Shown in pieces: positions 51,901 through 63,900 of a stretch of 64,000 nt of DNA. Within the stretch, counting starts at the first letter, position 1. Each line of letters starts with the position of its first letter. The stretch spans positions 192,479 through 256,478 of the forward strand of contig CAJINV010000018.1 in NCBI GenBank assembly GCA_905178155.1, read 5' to 3'. The position numbers and the translations under genes are program-made. Below the pieces are notes generated by a model. That model was given only the letters and a program-made list of their open reading frames with translations. It was not told the DNA's origin and made no database searches. Source of the stretch: Amoebophrya sp. A120 (Eukaryota > Protista > Dinoflagellata).

Positions 51901-54900
51901 GCCTCGTCACCTGTTGCGGGAGGTTTTTAAATCTCCCAGCAAGCTTCTTTTCCTGCTCGGTTTCCTTCCCGGTCTCCTCATCATCCGCATCGATCCCCCC
52001 GGAAGTCCAAGCCGCGAACAGTCGCGCGAACGGAGACGCCGCGTGGTTCACGGTTTTGTCGGACTCAATGTTGTCCAAAATCTCACCCTCATGCCAGGGG
52101 CGGTCAAAATCTTCCAGATCGCCCGCATGACCAGCACTCCCGTGCGGCCTAGTGTTGCCATTCCCCCGCGCCTTCGCAGATTCCTCCTGTTGTTTTAGGA
52201 GCTCAAGTTTCTTTCTCTCCTTGTCCTCCTGCCTCGCCTTCTGCACGGCCAACCGGATTATCAAATGCAAAAATGTCTGGGTCTGGAAAAGTGCAAACTT
52301 GTCATGCAGGTTTTTCATGACCCATGAGGTCTGGAATGCGGGACATAGCATGACAGAGTCTGCGAGGTCTCTGCCATGCCTATCCTGCATGAGAAACTCC
52401 CTCCAAACTTGGTCGAAAGTGGACAGCTTTTGGCATTCATGCAACACAGATTTCTGCATGATTCGGATTTACCATGACAAGTTGCAATCTTCCAGACCCA
52501 GACATTTTTGCAATCCATACGGATGGGCTGATACAAAATCTGCGGGTCGCGAATACAGTGCCCCGCGGCGTTCGACTCGGCGACGTCTTGAAGTCGAGGT
52601 GTTTTCTATTGCAATGAAAAATGTCCCCACCCCAGAACTTGGCAAGTTTGTCTTGCAAACCTTTCCACTACAGACATTCCGCGTCTTGCATATATCAGCA
52701 TCACAACTTTTGTTCAATGCGGAACAGCTAAAATTTGTGTTGCGCAAGAGCCCAGCAGCAGCCGGGCCTGTCATGTAAAAGACGCCTTACTCGTCGCCTA
52801 GATTCTGCATCAGAAAGATTCATAGTCCTTTCATGCAAGACAGAAAGTTTTCAGTTGGAAACCTTGCCTTACAAATTTTTGAAGCATCCGGGGTGGGGGC
52901 ATTTTTTCTTTTGATATTTTCACGTTGGAGTTCGGGTCCTCCTTGGCTGCCCTTACCCCCGCGATCGCAGCATCAGGCACGACCCTTTCAAACCCGATTT
53001 TTACGCAAGCCCGCTTTTTCGCGGCGAACACGTTGGTCGACGCCGCTCTGGTCGGTTTGACAAAAAATGCATCGTACAACTTCCGAGAAAGTTTGTCATG
53101 CACCTTGTCCTGCGCACCGTCCCCCTTCGCGAACTGCAAGTATCGAAGGAAAAAACTGTGTAAATGTAACTTTTTTGCAGGAACAGCATCACAGATTTGC
53201 TTTGCATGACAGAAAACCTGTCATGCGTAGCTACTAGGCGATGGCGAAAACACGTATCAAAATAGCCTCTGATGCATATCCGGCATGACAAGTGTAACTG
53301 GATTGCAACATCTGCAAGACAAAGTTGCACTTACACAGTTTTTTTCTTGCATAGCAAGTAGTCTTCGACCAACGTGAGCTGGTGGATGTGCAAGGGACAC
53401 TCGGATATCAACTGCAAAAATGTCTGGGTCTGGAAACTTGTAATGCTGCGTTGGGAATAGTGAATGCTCTGTAATGCATAGGCAAGCATGAGAAATGTCT
53501 GCGCTTCTTCGTGTTGCGTTTTTCGCATGACAAACTGCGTTTTTGCATGACAGGCAAGAGAGTCTCTTCTTGGACACGCATCACAAACTTTTTGGTCATG
53601 CCAGACAAGCATGACAAATCTCGCGATCTTCCAGACCCAGACATTTTTGCATTTGATATCGGATTCGTCGGTCTTCGGCGGGTGCATTTTCCCGGTCTTT
53701 TCGTCAATCTGCCGTTCGTCCATGGAGAAATGCTCACGACAGGCGGGAAAGGATTTCCAGAACCGGACGAGTAGTTCGCCTTTCAACACCATAGTCACCG
53801 ATGCGTATCGTTTGTTGTTCCCTTTTAAGCGCGGGAAGATGTTTTTTGTGTCGAACTTTTTATCCCCCCACTTCGGATCGAAGACCGACTGCCAATGCTC
53901 CTCGACAGAAACGGGCGGGGATGCGCGCTCGTTGACTGCTTCCGGATTTTGCAGAGATCTGAGATTTGCGTGGAACGTGTCAAAGGCGGAGCTGCCCGGA
54001 GGGGCTGCTAGCTGTTGCCCACTAGCAGTAGCCCGCTGACCATACTGCCGTGGGAGAAAAATGTCGCGCAGAGCTCTCTCTGCCCTCCACCGCTCCGCGT
54101 TCTCTAACAGGATGAAAGCAGGCAGCACATCCCGCCTTCCAACCACTTTTTTCACGCGAAGCACACCCCCCTCCGGCACCTCTGTGTGCTTGTAACTTTT
54201 CTTGATCATGCCCTTCGCGCCCGCTTCCTCCTGTATCCTCAGTAAAAACGTCCCCACACCAGAGTCAAGATGGGAAATCCGCTAGACAAACCAACCACTT
54301 TTGTTTGTTTGGCATGACAAGTTTGTCCCCGTATTGTCCTTCTGTTTAGCTAGTTCAGAAGCTGCATCACAGATCTAGCATATCATACTGATTCTAGATC
54401 TAGCATCACAAAATCCGAAACACGACTAAAAAATGGCTCTCATCGGGCTCCGCATGAGAAACTTTTTTGGCGTGCAGATTTGCATGACAACTCTGGGGAG
54501 GGGACGTTTTTACTCAGAATATCCTGCTGCAGAACCTCATGCGGGTTCGCTTTGTTCTCCACTTCTTGTAAATACGCCCGGATTTGTATTACAGTGAAAA
54601 GTGCCCCCCACCCCCAAAGTTGCAAAAATTATTTGTGATGCGACTTTTCCAAATGAAAACTTTTTGTCATGCACGAAAGGACTATGAGTCAATCTTTCTT
54701 ATGCAGAGTCTAGTCGTGTTTCGCATCGCTTGCATGACAAGCCCCGCTCTTGCTGGGATCTTTTGCAATACAAGTTTTTGCTATAATTCACGATCGGAAA
54801 TCTGTGATGCTGATACATGCAAGAGGGCGAGTGTTTCCTTTGGAAAGGTTTGCAATACAAATGCTTTCAAGTTCGGGGGCGGGGGCGTTTTTCATTGTAA

Positions 54901-57900
54901 TAATTTGCATCGCGACGTTTGTAGATTCTCCCACCATGGAAGCCAGCTGCGAACCGGAGAAGTTCAAGACCAACCCCACCACCTGCTCGCCCGGTTTGTC
55001 AGGTTCCGGCCGGTTATCCCTGTGCGGGAACAGCGCAGACGGGCTATCAGAAAGAAAAATCCCCCCTCCCCATATCAAAACGAAGTTTCTGATGCGGGAT
55101 TTCCGTACACAAATCAGATTTGTCTTGCTGGCGAGGACTGCAGGCCCATATTGAGCCTGAGTCGACAGGTTTTGGCCTAGGCGCTTAGCATGCCAGACGT
55201 CTACGCTGTGGCTAAAACAGCATGACAAACCGCCTGTAGAATGCGGCGGAGCTTGTGGAGTTGCCTCTATGCAACACAGAGACGATTTGTGACCTCAAAT
55301 CAGCAACGCAAATTTTCGGCAACATACCTTCTCAATATGGGGAGGGGGGATTTTTCCTTTTGATACGGGCACTTCTCTTTCGGGTAGCACAAGCCGTAGT
55401 CGTTAAACCCCAGCGCGTCCTCCGCCGCCTTCCCCTTCGGGGCCTCGTTTATCCAAGAAAAAAACTGTGTTAGTGTAACTTTCTTTGGCTGACAGCATCA
55501 CGAATTTGCTTTACATGACAGAGACGACCTGTCGTGTGTAGCTTGTGAGGGAAATAAACACAAGTGAAGCGAGGACTTCATAGTTGTCGAGCATCACAAG
55601 TGTATACTGTTTTGCATTTTCTGCATCACAGATTTACACCTACACAGTTTTTTTTTTGCATATCGTTCAATTTCCAATCAATCATGGCGTTCGCCTTGTC
55701 GTTTGACGCTGCCGGCTTGATTTGGTCTGTGTACGGGTTGTCCGCGATGTACAAGTGCGGCCAGAAATTCCGTTGAATCTGCGTATACCGGATATTGGGA
55801 AGCAACTTCTTCGCCATTTCTTCGTAGGCGGTTTTGACTTCCATAATCCGCTGGTCGGTGAGTTTCGCGAGAAAAATGCCCTTATGCATTTCAAATATGT
55901 CTGGGTCTGGAAACTTGTATTGCCAAAAGTGAATGGTAGACGCACTGCATCAATACGCAGCTATGCATGACAAATTTTTTGGCTGCCACGTCTTACGTCT
56001 TCTGCATGGCAAACTGCGTTTTTGCATGACAGGTAAGAGGGCCTTTTCGTGCCTATGCAAGACAAATTCTCGACTCATGCCAGACAAGCATGACAAACTT
56101 GCCAGACCCAGACATTTTTGCATTCGATAACCCTTCAGCTCTCCCTGCGCGGTGCGGATACCCTGCTGGAGCTTGTCGCCCCACGCGACTATCAAAAGGA
56201 AAAATTTTGGAAATTTGTGATGCTGATTTGTGGCCACAACTCGTGTCTGTCTTGCAAGGAGACAACTCCACAGACAACCGCTGCATTGTGCAGGCGGTTT
56301 GTCATGCTGTTGGGCTTACAGCGCGGATGTTTTTCGTGCTAAGTGCCTAGGCCAAAACCTCGCTGCTCACGCTTATCATGGGCCTGCAGTGCCCTCCAGC
56401 AAGACAGCTCGGATTTGTGTACACAAATTCAGCATCAGAAATTTCGTTTTGGTATGGGGAGGGGGGATTTTTCCTCACGATAGCGACCAGCTCTTCCCGT
56501 AACTGGCCGAGCGCCGCTTCCGCGCGCTGCTTGTTCTCGACCAAAGCGATCTCCTGCTTGCCTTGTCCCATCTAAAAACGTCCCCGCCCCATAGTTGTCA
56601 TGCCAATCTGCATGCTCAGAATGTTTCTCATGCGGAGCCACATGAGAAGCAATTTCTAGTCGTGTTTTACATTTGGGATTCGTAATGCTTCCATCAACAT
56701 AATAAACCAGATCTGTGATGCTGCTGAACGAGCTCAACAGGATCACACGACGAGGCCACACTTGTCATGCGCAACAACCAAAGCGCGTTGATTTGTCTAG
56801 CAGATTTCCCATCTTGACTATGGGGAGGTGGGACGTTTTCACTCAGGATATCCCTTTCTCGGTGTTCCCCGCCGCTTGCCTGGCGCGGTCCGTCGACACC
56901 TGCTTTATCGCAAGAAAAAAGTGTTACAGCTACACACATAGTCTATGCAGGCCAAGCAAGACAGACAAGCTCTGTCATGCCGGATATGCATAGGAGCCTC
57001 GTTTGTTCACAGGTGTTTTCCCGTAGGATATCTGCATTTTACAAGTATTTTCTCTCATGCAGAGAAATTTGTGTTGCTGAATTCACTACAAATGTGTAAC
57101 TGTAACACGTTTTTCGTGGGATATGCTTCAATTGATTCCTGGTATTCAAAATGAAGTCCAGCGTGTTCGTCTTGACCGCGCGGAACGCCGCGTCCATCTG
57201 GGTCCGCAAAAATTGAAAAAACGACTTCCGCTCCGACGTGGCCGTTTTGCTGCTCGCCCGTGTCAAGAAATTTTCGATTACCGAGAACCAGAACGCGATG
57301 TCCTGTGCTTCCTGCGCTTTGAACGGAAGTATCAACTGTAAAAATGTCTGGGTCTGGAAGAATGCAACTTGTCATGCTGATTTGGGATTCTAAAAAAATC
57401 TGTATTGCATGAGCAGCAAAGAGGGTCCAAGATTTGCTACACGGAAAGAGCATTTGTCATGCGGTATACTAGGCATGAGGTAGGCCGACACAAAATCTGT
57501 GATGCTAGGGCATGCATCACAGACATCAGGGGTCATGCAAAATGTGCATGACAAACCAGGCAATCTTCCAGACCCAGACACTTTTACATTTGATAGGAAG
57601 TTCTTCTTGCCGGTACTTTTGCATCACATCGCCGATCGTTTTCCCCCGTGCCTGCCCATCCTCGACTTCCTTGTAGTGGATACCGGATTCGAGCACGATC
57701 TTGATCTTTTCTCGTTTCTCGTCTCTTTCGTTCGCGATGTAGTCCTTATCGTGGAGGGCTAGGACCTATCAAATGCAAAACTGTCTGGGTCTGGAAGAAT
57801 GCAGATTTTTGTCATGCTGTTTTTGCATGACACAAAATGTCTGTCATGGAAGCCCTAGTAGCATCACAGATTTCGAGAAGCTTCCGCATTGCTTAGTAAT

Positions 57901-60900
57901 CCGCATGACAAATCTCCCTCATTTTGGTGACCGAAAGTGGGCAGCTTTTGCTACCTATGCATGAGAAATTTTTCTGTGTTCTGGAATGCGCATCACAAGT
58001 TTGTACTCTTCCAGACCCAGACATTTTTGCATTTGATAAAACCTTTTGTGTTTCCTTCACGACCGGGTAGAGAAAGCTGTACAAGTCCTGCAAGGATTTC
58101 ATCGCGCGGTCCGGATTCAAATGTTCCTTATCAAATGCAAAAGTGTCCGGGTCTGGAAGATTGCGAGATTTGTCATGCTTGTCTGGCATGACCAAAAAGT
58201 TTGTGATGCGTGTCCAAGAAGAGACCCTCTTGCCTGTCAGGCAAAAACGCAGCTTGTTATGCAAAAAACGCAACACAAAGAAGCGCAGATATTTCTCATC
58301 ATGCTTGGCTGTGCATTACAAAGCATTCAATATTCCCAACGCAGCATTACAAGTTTCCAGACCCAGACATATAATTTTCATTTCATATTCCTCCATTTCC
58401 CGCAACAGTCGGTAAACCTCCTTCTCCGCAGCGGTTGTGGCCAAAACCTCTCTGTGATCCTCCAAACTCCTGAACGGGTCGGAGAAGTGGGTCTCAATTC
58501 CCTCGGGGTCCGCGGACAGAAGCAAAGCCAACACCGGCTGCTCGCCCTTCAGCACCTCCTCACCCGGTTTCAATTTCAGGAAGTTATTTGAGCCGTAATT
58601 TCCCCGGTAGATGCAGTGCGCGTCCAAATTGTGCACCTCGTTCCAAGATCGAATGTAAAAATGTCTGGGTCTGGAAGAATGCCAGACTTGTGATGCAGGT
58701 TTTCCATGACCCATAAGGTCTGGTATGTAGGACATAGCATGACACCAGATTCTGCGAGAGTTCTATCATGCCTATCCTGCATGAGAAACTGCCTCTCGAT
58801 TAGGTCAAAAGTGGACAGCTTTTGGTAATCATGCAACACAAATTTTTACATGATTGAGATTTAGCATGACAAGTTCCAGACCCAGACACTTTTGCATTTG
58901 ATATCCACTTCGCGTCTTGCGTTGCCATGGCGGCCTGGTCCAATCCCGATTCCTCGTTCAAGTTATGCATTGCAAAAATGTCTGGGTCTGGAAGGTTGCA
59001 ACTTGTGATGCTGGCGTTGGATTCTACAAAGATTTGTATTGCATGGACAGCAACAGAGGTGCAATTTTTGCTACGCGGAGAGGGCTTTTCTCATGCGGTA
59101 TGAGCATCAGAAAGCCCTCGCCGAATCTCTGATGCTACAGCATGCATCACAGACCTCATGGGTCATGCAAAATCTGCATGACAAACTCCTGCACTCTTCC
59201 AGACCCAGACATTTTTGCCTCTGATACAAGTCGCTCACAATCTTCCGGGATTGCTTGAACACTTGGTCTATGCATTGCAAAAGTATCGTAATCGTATGAA
59301 TGCATTACAAATTTCTTCAGCATGAGAGATAAAATTTGTAATGCAGATTTAGATTTACCTCAAGGAAAAGATTTGTAATGCATGATTGCAATACGAGTAC
59401 GTTACTTTTGCACAGGATATGGTCCCTCTGTGCCACAGCCCACATGGAACTGTCGATCACTTTGAACTCCACTCGCTTCAACGGCAAAGCCTGGCCTTCA
59501 CCGAGTAGAAACCCCTTGGGTGGCGGTCTGTCGCCGTCGCGGTCTTTGATTTCGTCGAATTGCTCCTCCTTGTCTTTGTCCTTGGAGCCCGGGAGCTTCA
59601 CATCCGAATCGCGAGAGGACTCCATGGCTTTGTCTACGACCGATTTCCCGTCGAATTCCAAAACCGGCATGGCGCGGGCGACGAGTTCTTCTAGTGCAAC
59701 GTCCTTCCCAGAATAGGGGTCCTGTAAAGGTTCTTATGAACTGCAACAGTATCGCACTCGTATAAATGCATGACAAATAATTCTTCCCTCAGCATGAGAA
59801 CTAAACTTTGTAATGCGGATTAACCTCGAGAAAAAAATTTGTAATTCATGATTGCAATACGAGTACGATACTTTTGCACAGGATAGCTCTTTCTCCGGAA
59901 CGAAAACTAGCGTTTGGAACTCGGTTTCCAAAAGTTCCTGGTCGAAGAAAGTTGGCAGTTTCTTGTTTTCCTTGGCCGTGCCCGCCTTTGCCTTCGCTTT
60001 CATCCCCGGAGGGGCATCGTGCGCAAACTGAACTCGGTTCTCAGACAACCGCATCCACTTTCGGAAAAACCGCTCTTGGCCATCTGTCGTGTACTTGTAT
60101 TCCAATGGGTTTCTGCGAAGAATCGTTTTCCCGTCAGCACTCGCTGCGGCTAATAGCCAGAAGATTCGGCCGCGGTGCTGCTGCTCCAGAACATCCGGTC
60201 TTCTTTCTCGCGATAACGTCCCCTCCTGGTTTATCCTGAGTAAAAACGTACCCACCCCAGAGTTGTAGTGCAGATTTGCAATGACAAAGACATTTGTGAT
60301 GCGCATCCCCATGAGAGCCATTTCCAATCGTGTTTTGGAATTTGTGATGCTGTGAACAGGATGAGCAGGTCGATTTGTGATGCGGCTTTCCTTGCTAACT
60401 TGCACTACCTTACGGACTGAAACTTGTCATGCGTGACTCCCAAAACTCCTAGGTTTATGTTGCAAAGTCCCCATCTTGACTCTGGTGTGGGTACGTTTTT
60501 ACTCAGGATATGGTTCAAGTACTGCATCGGCTTGTTATCAAATGTAAAAATGTCTGGGTCTGGAAGAATGCAACTTGTGATGCTGCATTTGGATTCCAGA
60601 AAAATCTGTATTGCATGAGTACCAAAAGGAATGTAATTTTTGCTACGCGGAGACGGCATCTGTCATGCGGAATAGGCATCAAGAAGCTCTGAAAAAATCT
60701 GTGATGCTAGGGCATGCATCACAGACATCAGGGCTCAAGCAAAACGTGCATGACAAGTGTCACGATCTTCCAGACCCAGACATTTTTACAGTTGATACTT
60801 ATTATCCGGACCCAATTCCGGGATGAAGCTAGAATTATTCCTGCTTGTTATCCTGAGTAAAAACGTACCCACACCATAGTTGTCATGCAAATCTGCATGC

Positions 60901-63900
60901 TTAAAATGTTTGTCATGCGGAGCCCCATGAGAAGCATTTTCTAAGGGTGTTTTGAAATTTGTCATGCTCCAATCAGCATGAGAGACTAGATCTGTAATGC
61001 TGCTGAACTAGCTCAAACAGCACTACACTACGCGTCCAAATTTGTCATGCGAAACAAGCAAAGTTGGCCGATTTGTCTAGCAGATTTTCCATCTTGACTC
61101 TGGTGTGGGTACGTTTTTACTCAGGATACTTGTCAGCGAAAAATCACCCTGCGGACTCCGCAGATTCAGTTCCATTTCAACCGCGTCATTGATGGCTCTT
61201 TGGTGGTCGTCGGATAGACCATACAGCTCCGGAAAGTCCTTATCGGGCTTCGGCATCGTTTTCGACAGTTTCGTGTTTTGGAACTTGAAATGGAAATCGT
61301 TGACCTCATTCAGCGCCTCCTGCTTCAGCTCTCGCTTCACCTGCTCGCGGATCGACTGCTTCATCTATTACAGTGAAAAATGCCACCACCTCCAAAGTTG
61401 TGATGCGGAGTTTCCAAATGAAAACTTTTTGTCATGCATGAAAGGAGTATGAGTGAGTCAATCTTTCTGGTGCAGAGGCCAGGCGTATACTATCGCATCG
61501 CTTGCATGACAAGTGCCGGTCTTGCTGGGATCTTTTGCAATGCAATTTTTTGCTACTTATTCACGATTGGAAATCTGTGATGCTGATAGATGCAAGAGGG
61601 CGAGTGTTTCATTTGCAAAGGTTTGCAATACAACTACTCCCAAGATTGGGGGTAGTGGCATTTTTCCTTGTAATATCATCTTCTGCCAAGCGAGGTTCTG
61701 ATCTAAAACGATGGATTTTGACCCGTCGTTCCCCAGCATCTCCCAATCCTTGTCAGAATCCGAGCCAGAGTCGGTCTCCTTCTCGCCCTCCGCTTGCGTT
61801 TTCACGTCTTCGATCATCGCTTTCAACAGAAACCGGGTGTTTGTCAAGTCGTTGTCAATTGAAGTTTCCTGCTTTTCCCCCGACATGTCAATAGAGTTGA
61901 ACGTCAGCTGATCCATCAAAGTCTCCAACCGTTGCAGCTTGCCGATGAAGCTCACCTGTTCGAATCGCTGCGTCCCCACTGGATCGCACTGTTGATCGAT
62001 CAAGTTTTTCGCCTCATTCGTTAGTTTTCGCATGTCGAGCATGTCGCAAGAAAAAACTGTTTCACTGTAAACTTGTAATGCAGAAAATGTATCTGAGAAG
62101 TGTTTGTCTTGCTACACATGCAAGACAGTGGATTTTTGGCTGTGTTTCCCTTAGGAATCTCGCATAGCAAACTTTCTCTCTGGTGTAGAGCAAACTTGTG
62201 ATGCAAAACTTGCAAAATCGTTACAGTGAAACACTTTTTTCGTACGATAGAGCAGCTCCCGCATGTAGTTCTGCTCGAGATTCGCAGCCTGGCAGGTCTT
62301 GGCCTCCCCGATTTTCAGCAGCATATCCTATGTAAAAACGTCCCCACCCCGCCATAGTCAAAATGGGGAATCGGCTAGACAAATCCACAAGCCTTGGCTG
62401 TTTCGCATGACAAATTTGGACGCGTACTGTAGTGCTGTTTGAGCTAGCTCAACAGCATTACAGATCTAGGACCTGCTCATGCTGATTAGAGCATGACAAA
62501 TTTCAAAACAGCATGAGAAAACGCTCCTCATTGGGCTCCGCATGAGAAACATTTTAAGTATGCAGATATGCATGACAATTATGGTGTGGGGACGTTTTTA
62601 CACAGGATACAGCAACCCAGCGACATACTGCATAACCTGAATCTCATAGGGCGGCGAAATGTCCTTCTTGTGCAAGAGGGGAGAAATTTGCAGTTCCTCA
62701 TACGGGCAGCGGAGCGGGTCCTCTGGAGGTTTTGGGACGCCTTCTGGTTCTTCTGGTACTTCTGGTTCTTCAGCGGGGGGAGCAAAATCGTCTTTCTCCA
62801 GAATCTGCTTCAAACTCCCGAGCACCGAGCGTTTCGGGCCAGCTAGCTTCTTCACCCGTGCTAAAAACCTCTCCGCGGAAGCGAATTCCGGGCTTTTGTT
62901 CACCTCGTCTAGGAATTTGACGAACTCTTTTTGGATTACATCTGTCTGCCACTTCTCGATGCCTTCCTGCTTGTGTTTGGAGACGAACAGATTGTGGCGG
63001 TTCATCCACCGAACCATGATATTATACGTGTCCGAGTCGTATCAACTGCAAATATGTCTGGGTCTGGAAGGATGCAGCTTGTGATGCTGGATTTGGCTTG
63101 TACAATAAATCTGTATTGCATTAACAGTAAAAGAGGTCCAATTTTTGCTATGCGGAGAAGGCATTTCTCATGCGGTATGAGCATCAAAAAGCCCTCGCAG
63201 AATCTCTGGTGCTAGGGCATGCATCACAGACCCTATGGCTCATGCAAAATCTGCATGACAAACTCCTGCATTCTTCCAGACCCAGACATAATATTGCAAT
63301 GCATAAGTCGTCATTGATGGGCGGTAGCAGTTCTCCTCCGAGCTCTTCTGCTTTTTCGATTTTCTTCTCCTTTTTTTCAGTTTTTTCCGGGTCCTTTTTT
63401 TCCAGCATTTTTTTGACCATGGCGACAAGTTTCTCCGCCTGGACTTTTTTGTGATAATACACCCCCTTGTTCTCGTCCACAAAATCGGTCTCGATCGCCC
63501 TCACACCTTCCTGCAGAAGTCTCACAGCCTGCTCCGCACGACCGTCCGGAAGACGATCGTTCTCATTGTTATCTTTCACTATCAAATGCAAATACGTCTG
63601 GGTCTGGAAACTTGTAATGCTAGGGGAGTTAGAATGTGTAGGCCACAAATGATGGCTCAGCATCACAAGTTTCTGAGCTTCTAAGTCTTGCCTATTCTGC
63701 ATGACACGCTGCGTTTTTGCATCACAGGAAAATAGGGCCTTTGGGTAACGCGCATGACAGACTTAAGAGTCTTGCTAGCCTAGCATGACAAACCTTGCAC
63801 TTTTCCAGACCCAGACATCTTTGCAATCCATATTCGCCTTCGCGAGCCAATTTGCGAGCTTGGCTTCGTAGATCGCGGAGATCGTCTGGTTGATGCGGGT

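Noticed and set aside
1167-63702. Recurrent peptides KCKNVWVWK, MSGSGR, LPDPDIFAFD, FQTQTFLHLI in many ORFs
   Set aside because: Translations of the family-A TIR in different frames, not a protein repeat domain.
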